63,719 nucleotides of DNA, filler included, from Octopus bimaculoides (GCF_001194135.2; 5 parts of 5 records of this genome joined end to end with filler, not necessarily neighbours in it), one strand, 5' to 3'. Positions 1 to 12,189 are shown, counted from the whole stretch's first letter. Program-made: numbers and translations. Notes: generated by a model from the sequence alone, not told the origin.

Positions 1-123
1 TTAAACGACCTGTTTTGTTTTCTGACCTTTGTGCCTCAATATTCAATATGTCCTTCCTTTTTCTTTCAGGTGACAGGGTGTAATTTCTAGCAAGTCGAAT
101 GATCGATTAAAGGCTTGCTTCTT

Positions 124-390
124 GGTTCATAATGATGATGATGATGATGATAATTACTAAGTTGCTGATGGTAATGGTTATGATGATGATAATGATGACA
201 ACGATGATGATGATGATGGCAATGATGTTGACAATGGGGATGATGACAATTACATTGGTGATGGTGATGGTTATGTTGATGAAAACGGTAATGATGATGA
301 TGATGATGATGATTATACTGATGATGATGACAATCATGATGCTACTACTGATGGTGATGATGATGATGGTGGTGGTGGTGATGATGATGT
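124..390. repeat. Degenerate (ATG/GAT)n trinucleotide microsatellite
   Basis: Long imperfect tgatga run; it explains the poly-M and poly-I ORFs at 107-419. Confidence 0.9.
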
Positions 391-410
391 TTAAATCATA
401 TGAGAGACAC

Positions 411-578
411 CTACGTTAACTCCAGTTCTCCAGATTTGGTCACATCATTGAAGTTGTCCATCATTTTCCGGTTGTTTGTTTCAGGTAACAACAATGACAA
501 TAGCCCCGCGATTATGGAAAGTGCTCCCATAAGAATCATTGGCATTATTCGACCAACCTTGCCAGAAACCAAATCTGA
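411..578 (-). CDS. SLC22 organic cation transporter-like, probable last coding exon (TM12 and C-terminus)
   Basis: Minus strand: acceptor TTTTTTTTCAG, then SDLVSGKVGRIMPMILMGALSIIAGLLSLLLPETNNRKMMDNFNDVTKSGELELT-TAG. The LLLPET motif after TM12 is typical of SLC22/MFS. Phase 0 matches the end of the 5497-5678 exon. Confidence 0.88.
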   Translation of the reverse strand, partial: SDLVSGKVGRIMPMILMGALSIIAGLLSLLLPETNNRKMMDNFNDVTKSGELELT

Positions 579-1289
579 CTGAAAAAAAACAGAAAAAGAA
601 ACAGCAATTTAAAAATATGTTTTGTTTATTTTGTTGTTGTTGTTGATTAAACCCAGATCATTACTGAACAAGCATACTTATGGTCAAAGTTGTTAACACC
701 ATGTCCATCCTGTGCTAATTTTAGCATATATATATAGGCGTAGAAGTGGGTTTATGTTAAGAAGCTTGCTTNNNNNNNNNNNNNNNNNNNNNNNNNNNNN
801 NNNNNNNNNNNNNNNNNNNNNNNNNNNNNNNNNNNNNNNNNNNNNNNNNNNNNNNNNNNNNNNNNNNNNNNNNNNNNNNNNNNNNNNNNNNNNNNNNNNN
901 NNNNNNNNNNNNNNNNNNNNNNNNNNNNNNNNNNNNNNNNNNNNNNNNNNNNNNNNNNNNNNNNNNNNNNNNNNNNNNNNNNNNNNNNNNNNNNNNNNNN
1001 NNNNNNNNNNNNNNNNNNNNNNNNNNNNNNNNNNNNNNNNNNNNNNNNNNNNNNNNNNNNNNNNNNNNNNNNNNNNNNNNNNNNNNNNNNNNNNNNNNNN
1101 NNNNNNNNNNNNNNNNNNNNNNNNNNNNNNNNNNNNNNNNNNNNNNNNNNNNNNNNNNNNNNNNNNNNNNNNNNNNNNNNNNNNNNNNNNNNNNNNNNNN
1201 NNNNNNNNNNNNNNNNNNNNNNNNNNNNNNNNNNNNNNNNNNNNNNNNNNNNNNNNNNNNNNNNNNNNNNNNATATATATATCATTTAT

Positions 1290-2172
1290 CTTTTGTTTCA
1301 GTCATTCGACTGTGGCAATGCTGGGGCATCGCCTTGAAGAAAGTTTTGTGGAATGAATCAACCTCAGCACTTTTTAAAATCCTGGTATTTATTCTGTTGA
1401 TTCCTTTTGCCAGACTGCTAAGTCATTGGGATTGTGGTGGTCTACGTAGCTAGATAGTTGAATGATCTCCCTTGTAAGAAAGATTATAGAGTAACCTCCC
1501 TTTTCTTAGTTTCTCGAAGCATCTGTGTCATGAGACGTGGTTTTTAATTATTCAAGAAGCTTAGCGTTTCTCTTGGAAGTTTCTAGAATGGCAAGCATTC
1601 CATTAATAAAAACAGCTTGCTAAGCCAGCTTTTCACTTCTTAGTCGATTAGACTTAGAGCCATTCACGTCATTGCTATGTCCGTCTATTTCTCTATACCA
1701 CATGACTGAAAGCCACCACTTAGCTGTTATTTCTATCTTTCCTATCTCTTAACTTTCTTGCATAAATTACTTCATTCAATTAAATTCTATATTTTGATTC
1801 CATTTATCGTCATCGTAATAAATATATAGGCCTTGAATTTATTCTTCATCTCTTTATGAACTATTGTAATAACATACATGCAACCACATCAACACCTTTT
1901 ACTGACTATATATTTCCACTTCAGGATGTAAACTCACCAACACTGGTTATCAAGCAGTGGTGGGGGAGAAGCACATACACAAAGACACACACACACATAT
2001 AGATATATACGATGGGATTCTTTCAATCTCCATCCATTAAATCCACTCACAAGGATTTAGTCGACCTGAGGCTACAGGGAATACACTTGCCAAAGGTACC
2101 ATGCAGTGGGACTGAACCTGGAACCATGTGGTTGGGAAGGAAGTTTCTTACCACGCAGCCATTCCTGCACCT
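1290..2172 (-). mobile_element. tRNA-derived CORE-like SINE (family A), interrupted by a ~490-bp insertion
   Basis: Head (rc GGTGCAGGAATGGCTGCGTGGTAAG) at ~2170 and tail (GACTGAAACAAAAG) at ~1290 match the copies at 32537 and 47245. Confidence 0.75.
1433..1920 (+). mobile_element. Probable solo LTR inserted into a SINE
   Basis: Starts TGTGG, ends near CCACA/TTCCAC, has an internal AATAAA, and splits a SINE at a contiguous position. No clean TSD. Confidence 0.4.
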
Positions 2173-2699
2173 ATAAATATATTTTCTAATTCTATATATT
2201 TATATATTTTCCACTTTTTGCATTTAGCTTCTCAGTTCTTGCTTGTGATGTCTCATGTACCAGTCTCCTGATCTTCAAAGGGAACAAACCCTGTTCTCAG
2301 AGCCTAAAGATTACTTGGAGACACAAGGCATGTTCTGAAAACCTGCCTAGACATGTGTTTCCATTGCAAGAAGCTATTAGTAGCTCATACCTTAATACTG
2401 TGTACATTAAATGATATATCGATGGGTTTATATCATCCAAAGTCTTTTATATTTTTAAGAAGGTAGGTCTTGATGTGAGGGAAATTTAGCTACTATTTCA
2501 CACAGTTCTTCAGTTTTTCTTTTTTGCAAGGGGAAATAGTTACAACAGATTGAACAAATTTTGTATATACTTATATGAACACACCAGGATTCCTTTTAAG
2601 GGCTAGAAACTACTTCAGCCCTTATCAAATGCTGATCCTTTCAGTACAAAGGTAGCATTAAACTCGAACTGGAGTGCTGTTATGTCTGCTACACAAATA

Positions 2700-3946
2700 T
2701 TAGGTTGATCTGAAAGTAATGGCCGACTTCAGAAACATAATTTTATTCTGGAAAACTTAACAATAGAAATGTCTTGATTAGTCTCAAAGTATGAGCCGCA
2801 AACATCTGTGCATCTCTGCCATCGATCAACGAGATTATTTATGCATCGTTGATAAAAAATTATTGGCTTTGATGCTAAGAAACCTTTGAAAGCTGATTCC
2901 ACCTCTGGTTTGGACCTGAAAGTTTTATCACTTAAAAACACGTTTAAATGCTTTAAAAAATGGTAGTTAGTGGGTGAAAGATCAGGAGAATATGGAAGAT
3001 ATGGTAAAGTCTCATATCCCAAGTCTGTTTCTGCAGCGTCATTCTGGTAACATGTGGCTTTGCATTATCATGGAACAGAATTTGGCCGTGCCGATTCACC
3101 AATGCAAGTCTCATTTTTGGCAAGTGAGCATGCATTTCAGTGAGTTGATTGCAGTAATGCTTTGATTGGCTTCCACAAAGCTGTAAAGGACAACACCAAT
3201 TGCAGACCACCAGACAGTCACCATAATCTTTTGCCGATGCAACTTTGGCTTTGGGAATGAAGCCATTGGCCTGATCGTTTACGGTTGTCATAAAGGATCC
3301 ACTTTTCATCACAAGTGACTATTCGGTCAAGAAAAGGATCATTGGTGTTTCACAGAAAGAGCATCGAGCAGACTTCAAAACGCCAAACTTTTTGATTTTC
3401 ACTGAGCTCATGAAGTAACCATTTATTGAACTTTTTCACCTTACCAATCTTCTACAGGTTGCATGAGACCGTTGCAATACCGACACCAAGAGCCTGAGAT
3501 ATTTTTCTGACTCTTTGACGTGGGTTTTGTTCATTAGTCGCTTTCATTTGTTCAGTGTCAAGACTGCATGACCTTCCTCTACCTTCTTCATTTTCAAAGT
3601 TCTCACCACCATTAGGGAATTTCTGAAACCACCTTTGTACTGTGAGATCACTTGTGGACCCCTCTCCCCATGCTCTGATGATATTGGCAGCAGTTTGGGA
3701 GGCATTGTGCCCAAGCTTGAACTCATGCAAGAAAAGTAAGCGAAGGTCCTTTTTTATCATGTTCATAATTAAGGATGCCTATGATTCAAGAATGTTTCCT
3801 GTCTGAAATAAGTAGAAAATCATTAAAGAGTATACATCAATTATTAAGTATGTCGAAATTTACCTAAAATATAATTAAAATACAATTAAAGAATTGCATT
3901 TGAAAGCACAACATTTAGAGTGGCCATTATTTTCGGAACTACCTAA
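2700..3946 (-). mobile_element. Full-length degenerate mariner (Hsmar1/cecropia-like)
   Basis: TA-flanked TIRs TTAGGTTGATCTGAAAGTAATGGCC and rc TTAGGTAGTTCCGAAAATAATGGCC; 1247 bp. Frameshifted transposase includes LRLLFLHEFKLGHNASQTAANI, LFHDNAKPH and LPYLPYSPDLSPTNYHF. Confidence 0.92.
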
Positions 3947-4036
3947 TATAACATCTACAAAAGAAAGCAATGGAATTGGTTGGCAGAAATTCACCAACCA
4001 TTAGTTTCTGTTGTTAAGATCAACAAAACTATGCAG

Positions 4037-4198
4037 TCATGGTTGTGTGGTAAGAAACTTGGTTCCCAACCACACAGTTACAGGTTCAGTTCCACTGCAT
4101 GGCACCTTGGGCAAGTGTCTTCTATCATAGCCTTGGGCCAGCCAAAGACTTGTGAGTGGATTCGGTAGACAGGAACGGAAAGAAGCTTGCCATGTATA

Positions 4199-4243
<45 letters not shown>

Positions 4244-4590
4244 GCGCGCGCACATGTGAGTGTGTGTCTATGTTTGTACTTGTCCCCACCACTGCTCGAC
4301 AATCAGTGTTGGTTTGCTTATATCCATGTAACTTAGCAGATCGGCAAAAGTCACTGATACAGTAAATACATCTTTATTATCATCATGTAAAGTCTGGTCT
4401 CCATGCTGGCTTGATACGGAGCTGGCTAGCAGGGAGATGTCTGGATTCCAAATGTCGGTTGTGGCATGGTTTCTGCGGCTGGATGCCCCCAAATAATAAG
4501 CACTGGGGTTGATTCATTCAACTGAAATTCTTCAAGGCAGTGCTGCAGCATGGCCACAGTTTAGTGACTGAAACAAGTAAAAGATAAAAG
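4037..4590 (+). mobile_element. SINE family A with internal (CA)n and a nested RTE-tail fragment
   Basis: tRNA-like head, CCTTGGGCAAGTGTCTT core, GACTGAAACAAGTAAAAG tail. Confidence 0.75.
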
Positions 4591-4924
4591 ATTAGTCTAC
4601 AGAAACACTATGTCTTCTTTCTTCTTTCGTTTCCAATGCTACAATGTTTTCCATTTTGATTCGCTGACTGTAACCCCTATTCCAGATATCGAGCCAAAAC
4701 ATATCCAAGTCAGGCACCAACTGCATCAGTTTTACCCATTTGGGAGATGGCATTCAAAGAAAATGGACAACTTGTATTCTTCACTGATTAATATATTTTG
4801 AAAATAAATCGTTTTGATACCAACTTGCTGCAGACCATAACTGGTCCTATGAAACAAACTTTGTGTTTTACGGTGGTCATCAAAATTGCATGTCATTTTT
4901 AGGTTCCAAGCAGCAGCTTAATAA

Positions 4925-5144
4925 CGTTTCAAATTTTGGCACAAGGCCAGCAATTTAGAGGGAGTTCGGGTAGGTCAACTACATCAACCCCAATATCTAA
5001 CTGGTACTTATTTTATCGATCCCGAAGGGATAAAAGGCAAAGTTGACCTCAGTGGAATTTCAACTCAGAATGTAAAGACGGACGAAATGCTGCTAAGCAT
5101 TCGTTCCAGTCTGTTAATGATTCTGCCAGCTCACCACCTGAAGT
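4925..5144 (-). mobile_element. tRNA-derived SINE family B (Meta-domain-like) with a 13-bp TSD
   Basis: rc contains GCCTTTTATCCCTTCGGGATCGATAAAATAAGTACCAG. Flanked by the direct repeat AGCAGCTTAATAA at 4912-4924 and 5145-5157. Confidence 0.85.
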
Positions 5145-5496
5145 AGCAGCTTAATAATGACAAAGTTATTTCATTAAATTTCTTCGTTATTTCAAAATTA
5201 ATTAAAACAAAGGTTGTTTATTTCAGAAATGTGGTAAGAAAAGGCTCAGCTAGTTTACGAAATTCTTTGAAACAAATACAGTGTATTTCATCCCAAATAC
5301 GGTAACAAAAGGTTTATAGCCATTGTGCCTGGTCTGACGGATAATATTTCCTTATTCGTATGTTGTTATGTAAATCCATGGAAAGATAAACCTAGCTCTG
5401 TCTCTTTACTAGTTGTGCTGGTCCCACGATTGGTGGACTAACAAAAAAGGTGAACAACAAAACAAATACGAAGTCTGAAAGAATCTAAATACTTAC

Positions 5497-5678
5497 AACA
5501 TTGAGAGTGTAAGGTGCCAAAGCGCCGCCAAAACGTGCAAAGGTGGACAAAACCCCCAATGCACCGTTTCTTATACAAGTTGGATATAATTCCAAAGTGT
5601 ATAAATACACAATTCCAAAAGTTGCAGTGATAAACAAACGGCCTAACATCGAACTGGCAGTTAACATCCATCGATGGG
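5497..5678 (-). CDS. SLC22 organic cation transporter-like exon (TM10-TM11)
   Basis: Acceptor TTTTCAG and donor GTAAGT; 182 nt, phase 1 to 0. Encodes (A)HRWMLTASSMLGRLFITATFGIVYLYTLELYPTCIRNGALGVLSTFARFGGALAPYTLNV, with the ELYPT..R..G.G motif of SLC22. Confidence 0.92.
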
Positions 5679-5701
5679 CTGAAAAAGAAAANNNNNNNNN
5701 N

Positions 5702-5744
5702 AAACGGCCGAATATTGAACTGGCAGTTAACATCCATCGATGGG
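5702..5744 (-). other. Partial divergent second copy of the same SLC22 exon, cut by a 10-N gap
   Basis: Own acceptor CAG at 5745-5747; reads (A)HRWMLTASSIFGR versus ...SSMLGR in the 5497-5678 copy. Three third-position substitutions in 43 nt. Confidence 0.8.
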
Positions 5745-6289
5745 CTGAAAAGAAAAAGATAAAAGACAGAATTCTTAAGTAAAAAAGAAAAAAAACCCTT
5801 TCCGGTATTTCACAGACATGTGGACTCTTAATATAATTCTCAGGTAAAATCAAAATGACTTAATGGCTGACTAAACTGTACATAATTTCAATATGTGGGC
5901 TTCTCTACAGTTTTCGTCTTCCCAGTCTCATTCAGAAAGTACAAGCCCTCACAAATTGTGGGTTGGTGCCCAGCATGCTGGAAGCCCACTGGGAGTGAGT
6001 CACTCCTTAGCTTTTGTTAAAGCCTGTCTCTAGAAATCCCCTTGAAACCTAGGCTATGTCTCTTTCAATAATTGGCAGAGACTTGGTCAGTGAATCCTCT
6101 GCGATGGTCAACAAACAACAGCAAGATGAGCTGTTATGGATCACACTATCCCAAAGTGTGTGTGTGTGCATGTGACTGGGGATCACATGGGAGCTTGTGT
6201 CCCCACTGAAACTAGGAACAAGAAACTCCTGTCAGAGCTGGTTCAATCCATCCCGGATGAATGCCACAGCAAGTACAAGTAGGCAAGTA

Positions 6290-6565
6290 GAAAGTATGGG
6301 TTGAGCCAAGGTTATGAAAATGACATTAACTCAGCATGTTACACAGTGGGATTGAACCAGGAGCCATGGGGTTGTGAAGCAAGCTTCTTAACCATTTGAC
6401 CATACGGAACATTACATCAAACCCACTGCTTGACTGGTTCTTTAGTCTTTTGATCGTGAAAGAATGAAAGGCAAAAACGACAATGTGAGGATTTGAACCC
6501 AGAACACAAATCGGAAGAAATACCACTAAGCATTTTGTCCGGTGCAGTAATGATTCTGCCATACA
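6290..6565 (-). mobile_element. Two adjacent SINE fragments (tRNA-like head at 6290-6405; family B at 6420-6565)
   Basis: rc matches to SINE heads seen elsewhere in the window (GGTTCAATCCCACTG; ATGCTTAGTGGTATTTC). Confidence 0.55.
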
Positions 6566-7154
6566 AAAAGAGTTTGGATAAAATAATGGAAACACCGGAT
6601 TAAATGGAAGTTTTATTATTCAATAATATGACACAATGGCTGACTAAACTGTACATAATTTCAATGTGTAGGCTTCTCTACAGTTTTCATCTCCCTAGTC
6701 TCTCATTCACAATACCGCTTGGTGGCTAACCTTAAAACACAAACATCAGTGTTGAGAGAAAATGTTTAATAAAAGGTTGGAACCAAAGGTGAAAGCCTTT
6801 CGCCCGGAAGGTGGCCTGTGGTTGAGNNNNNNNNNNNNNNNNNNNNNNNNNNNNNNNNNNNNNNNNNNNNNNNNNNNNNNNNNNNNNNNNNNNNNNNNNN
6901 NNNNNNNNNNNNNNNNNNNNNNNNNNNNNNNNNNNNNNNNNNNNNNNNNNNNNNNNNNNNNNNNNNNNNNNNNNNNNNNNNNNNNNNNNNNNNNNNNNNN
7001 NNNNNNNNNNNNNNNNNNNNNNNNNNNNNNNNNNNNNNNNNNNNNNNNNNNNNNNNNNNNNNNNNNNNNNNNNNNNNNNNNNNNNNNNNNNNNNNNNNNN
7101 NNNNNNNNNNNNNNNNNNNNNNNNNNNNNNNNNNNNNNNNNNNNNNNNNNNNNN

Positions 7155-10100
7155 CAATAAGAGCAAAAGGGTGGTTAACAGATATGGAAATTGAAGAGAC
7201 AAAAAGGAAAGTAGAAGATAGAAATAATACTTCACCAACGGATAACGTTCCCAGTGAGAACAGAATGGCGGCAGTGAAGACGTAGAGCAAAGTGTAAATG
7301 TAAATGCATTCTCACTAAATGAAGCAGAAGTAATAGGAAGAGCTATGTCACAAGAATACGATGATGACCAGCAAGACATAATGAGGATGCTGTGCTGATA
7401 TATTAGAGAAGACCAGAATCAAGCACCCCTCAATCTGAGGTACATTGATCGACGTCAGCTCAAAGTTGAAGCCGAAAAGATAGATTCAGTCCTTGGGCTA
7501 TTCCAGATAAGAAATATAACTGAAACTAACAAGATTACTTGGGCTGCAGCTATTGTTGCAGCATATAGAGTTGGATACAAAAGAAGAGAACGTAAAGAAC
7601 CATATTGGCGCAGACGAATTTGTGAGAAACAAAGTTAAAAAGACGTTTAGGACAAGTTGATAGGTGTAGAAGAGGGGAATTGAAGAAGGAAAGCATAAAG
7701 AAAATGCTGGAAAGAACATATAGCATAAGAGATAAAGGGTAGGATGTGATATTGGAAGAATTGAAACAAAGAATAGGAGCAATCAACGCAAAACTGGAAA
7801 GATATGACTACAGAAAAAGACAGTTCAGGCAAAACAGATTGTTTGAAGCAAATCAGAAGAAACTGTTTCAGGAAGTAGATGGGAAATTACATGTAACAAT
7901 GATACCAGATGCAGAGGAAAGCAGGGATCTGGAACCAACCTGTAGAGCATAATGATTAAGCAGAGTGGCTGCATGAAATCCAAGATAGGTTAAGAAATAT
8001 AGAAGTCCAAATAATAAAACAGTTAAAAAATTCCTAAATTGCAAGAGTCGAGGACTGGATGGGGTCCAAGGTTATTGAATGAAGAAGCTGAGAGGGCTCC
8101 ATGAAAGGATAATGCAACACTTAGATGAGTGGTTGCAGGAAGGCGCAGTACCTACNNNNNNNNNNNNNNNNNNNNNNNNNNNNNNNNNNNNNNNNNNNNN
8201 NNNNNNNNNNNNNNNNNNNNNNNNNNNNNNNNNNNNNNNNNNNNNNNNNNNNNNNNNNNNNNNNNNNNNNNNNNNNNNNNNNNNNNNNNNNNNNNNNNNN
8301 NNNNNNNNNNNNNNNNNNNNNNNNNNNNNNNNNNNNNNNNNNNNNNNNNNNNNNNNNNNNNNNNNNNNNNNNNNNNNNNNNNNNNNNNNNNNNNNNNNNN
8401 NNNNNNNNNNNNNNNNNNNNNNNNNNNNNNNNNNNNNNNNNNNNNNNNNNNNNNNNNNNNNNNNNNNNNNNNNNNNNNNNNNNNNNNNNNNNNNNNNNNN
8501 NNNNNNNNNNNNNNNNNNNNNNNNNTGGATAATAATGGAAATGTATGAAGTAGCAGAAAACAGGAGAGGCCTGATATGGAATAGCATGAAATGCTGGAAA
8601 ACGGAATTGACAGCAGGGAATCAATGTATTAGGAGAGGTGAAAATCAAGAGAGGAATCTTCCAGGGAGACAGTGTCCCACCACTGATCTATGTACTGAGA
8701 ATGATCCCTTGAATGAAATACTACAGAAAACAAAGTTGGGGTATGATCTGGGAAGAGGTAAGCGAAAACTGAACCACTTGCTGTTCATGGACGACCTGAA
8801 GCTATTCACAAAAACTGAGGCAGAACTGGACAGCCTAGTCCAGTCTGTGTAGATTTTCGCTAATGATATTAAGATGGAGTTTGGACTCTCAAAATGTGCT
8901 ATGATGGGGATGAGACGACGAAAGCTTGTCAGGACAGAAGGCATATGATTGCCAAGTGGTGAAATGATGAAGGCAATTCAACCTCAATCCAGCTATAAAT
9001 ACCTGGGAATACTTGAGGCAGATGGAATTAAACACCACAACATGAAGGAAAAGACAAAAAGAGAATACTTGTGGCGAGAGAGAAAAATATTGTCCTCAAA
9101 GCTGAATACCAGACACACAATTTCGGCAATAAACACGCGCGCAGTCGCAGTAGCTCGGTATGGTGCTGGGATCCTGAAGTGGACAGAGGAGGAGCTAAAG
9201 GAGATGGACAGGAAGTCAAGAAAGCTCCTAACGATGCGTGGAGCCCATCATCCACGTGTAGACACTGATCGTCTATACATGAAGAGAATAAATGGAGGAA
9301 GGGAACTAATAAGTGTGGAAGACTGCGTGCGTATCGAACTCGAGAGCTTAATGAGATAACTAGCCCAAAGTAAGGAAAACTTGCTAATGGCAGTTAGGAA
9401 TGAGGGAGTATTAAAAGCAGAGGAAAAAGGAATAACAAAGGAAGAAGAACAAAAAGGACATGAAGAAGAATTACACAGGAAGGGCCAACACAGTCAATTC
9501 CATGTAACCACAACAGAAGTTGCTGGAAAAATAAGTGGGATTGGCAGAAGAAAGGAACGCTAAAAAAAGAGAGTAGACGAAACCATTGTCCATATGACGA
9601 ACGAATGCCCTAGACTTGCCCCAAACCATTGCAAGTTGTGGTGACATGATCAGGTAGCGAAAGTGCTACATTGGAAACTGTGCGACAAGTGGGGGCTAGA
9701 GAGAGGCAAGACATGATATGAACACAAACGGCAGAGAGTGACGGAGTCGGAGACTTGCAAAACCCTCTGGGATTTTCCAATCCAAACAGAACAGGTGCTA
9801 GAGCATAACAGATCGAACCTAATGATGGTAAACAGGATGCATCACATGTACTTTATAGTTGATGTAGCATACCCCTTTGACCCACGAATAGTCAAGAAGG
9901 AAGGCGAAAACATATATAAATACAACCCTTTTAAGTACGAAATAGACCAGCTATGGAAAATGAAGAAGTTGAAGATAGTGCCAATTATTGTTGGGTCCTT
10001 GGGAACAGTATCAGAAGGCATCAAAAGGAATATAAAGGAAATCAGAATAGAGTGCCCAGAAGAACTGTTACAAAAGGTTTGCCTCCTTGGCACGATCAGA

Positions 10101-10243
10101 ATAATCAGGTAAATATTAGATAGCTGTAAAGACTGGATAGCATGGTACCGTAGGTTGTAGGTAGCAAGCCCGCTACGCATGCAAAATACCAGAAGTTCCA
10201 ACAAAACCTGTGATAAAAAGAAAAAAACAACAACAATAATAAT
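7155..10243 (+). mobile_element. R4/Dong-clade non-LTR retrotransposon (RT plus C-terminal RLE endonuclease), degenerate; 5' end in or before the gap at 6827-7154
   Basis: Fragmented ORF: ILEELKQRIGAINAKLERYD, HLLFMDDLKLF (RT catalytic), YKYLGILE, and VDVAYPFD...KIVPIIVGSLG (RLE). Ends in an AACAACAATAATAAT tail. Confidence 0.85.
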
Positions 10244-10254
10244 GATTTGTTTAC

Positions 10255-10481
10255 CTTTAGTGCCAAAGAGTACGGGAAATATTCCAGCAATACACATGAC
10301 TCCAGCCAAAATCATCAGGCTGGAATACAATTTTCTTCTTCCAACACGATTTAACAGAAGGATGCACAGAATGTAGGCTGGAAACTCGACAACCGAATTC
10401 AAAAAAAAATTCATATAGAGATTGCCATACAATTTGTCAACATTAAGAGTAAGGCCGTAATATACCATGCTCACAATCATC
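10255..10481 (-). CDS. SLC22 organic cation transporter-like exon (TM7-TM9)
   Basis: Acceptor TTTTATATAG and donor GTAAAC; 227 nt, phase 2 to 1. Encodes (W)MIVSMVYYGLTLNVDKLYGNLYMNFFLNSVVEFPAYILCILLLNRVGRRKLYSSLMILAGVMCIAGIFPVLFGTK, with the YYGL and (D/N)RxGRR motifs. Confidence 0.92.
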
Positions 10482-11094
10482 CTATATAAAAGAAATGAAA
10501 CATTTTATATGAAGTACAAAAATGCACAAATATTGCAGACCAAACCCTGGTTAGATGGCTACGTACTTTTTAGAGAGAATTATGATAATTTGAACATTGA
10601 GACCAACAGCAAGTAGAGTTATACAACTAACTGTCTAATATAGACAACTAAGACAACTTAACTGAGACAGAGTTAGCCAATGAGAGCCAGTTAACTTTAG
10701 TGTGTTGGATAAATGGTGAGTAGATGGTTTGTATGTATATGTGGCTTTTTTAGTTTATGCGTGCATGGAGTGTTTATGTTCATGGAGTGTTTATGTTCAT
10801 GGAGTAAAACGTATTTTGTGATAAGCAGAATTCACTGATTTGTCTGTAGTCTCTGACACTTGTTAGCCTACGGTACTTCTTAGTGAAATAGTTTTCTAAA
10901 TTTGATGAAGGGCTCTGCCTAAATCATCATATCCTTCCTTTTCCGCACAGCAAAGATTTACCTAAAATGGTTTGTCGGTTTGCCTCAAGGTCCCAGCAGA
11001 CAAAGTAGAAAAGGTGTTGCCCCAGATGCACTGGAACAGCCATTCTGACCCACGGGGCTCACACTTGCGGATGGCTGTTTCCACCCTGATAGTG

Positions 11095-11194
11095 NNNNNN
11101 NNNNNNNNNNNNNNNNNNNNNNNNNNNNNNNNNNNNNNTTAATTAATTAANNNNNNNNNNNNNNNNNNNNNNNNNNNNNNNNNNNNNNNNNNNN
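11095..11194. other. Scaffolding spacer N44-TTAATTAATTAA-N44 (assembly artefact)
   Basis: Exactly 100 bp; the same construction occurs at 33601-33700, 55306-55405 and 62449-62548. Confidence 0.9.
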
Positions 11195-11840
11195 ATAATA
11201 TAGTAGTGTTTGTTTTAATGTTGAGCTATAATAAAAGCAATCAAGAATTTTCTATTAAACTGAAGGATTTCTCTTTAATACAAGAACAGTGGAGACCATG
11301 ATTTTGAAGTTTGGGCTTGATATATACGTATATTCGTATGTTAATAAATATATGTAAACACACACATACACACACACACACACACTCTCTCTCTCTCTCT
11401 CTCTTTTACTTGTTTCAGTCATTTGACTACAGCCACACACACACATATATTTCAATATTTCACATTTAAAGTACTAAATAGATGCACATATGTATACGCA
11501 TACCCCCAAACACTAAATGCCAGACATAATCCATTGAAAGTTTGTAGTGGTTCTTCAGTAACAGTCAGAGATAATTGGGAAAGGAGAGTTAACTGGGAGA
11601 TTGGAATGTGACAAAACTTCCACATTGAGCTAGGAATGAGGGTAAGTGAGCGGGTGTTGGGAGTGTATAGATTGATGGTTAGGGGTGCGGGGATGTGTAC
11701 TGGGATTACTTTCACCACTCCTCCCTCCCTCTTCCTCTCTTCTTACCATCATCATCATCAACTGCAGAAACTAAACTATTAAGATCACCAACACCAAACG
11801 CCAATGTTAATAAAATAACTGCTAGCAATACATCACCACC

Positions 11841-11873
<33 letters not shown>

Positions 11874-12140
11874 GATAGTGTAAGATGAACTAAAGCTACT
11901 GTATAAATAGTATATAAAATACATCAGTTGTATGTATGTGTGTGTATATGTTTATGTATACATCATCATCAATGAACACACACACACACATGTGTGTATG
12001 TATGTATATATAAAGGTGCAAAACTGTATTAGCAATTGGTTGATGACTGATGAAGAATTAGGGACCTTCTGTGTTTGTCTCCCACCCACTTTTACATTCA
12101 GTATACGTTATGTTGTATGTTTATTTACCATACATTTTTC

Positions 12141-12187
<47 letters not shown>

Positions 12188-12189
12188 AA

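Noticed and set aside
4610-4801. Additional SLC22 exon between 5497 and 578
   Set aside because: No transporter-like frame, and exons 5497-5678 and 411-578 already join in phase with continuous homology.
9842-10254. C-terminal 137 aa of the 212-aa ORF 9842-10480 as part of the transporter
   Set aside because: It lies beyond the splice donor, in the antisense strand of the R4/Dong element.
11139-11150. TTAATTAATTAA as a biological motif
   Set aside because: Always centred in exactly 44+44 Ns; a scaffolding marker.
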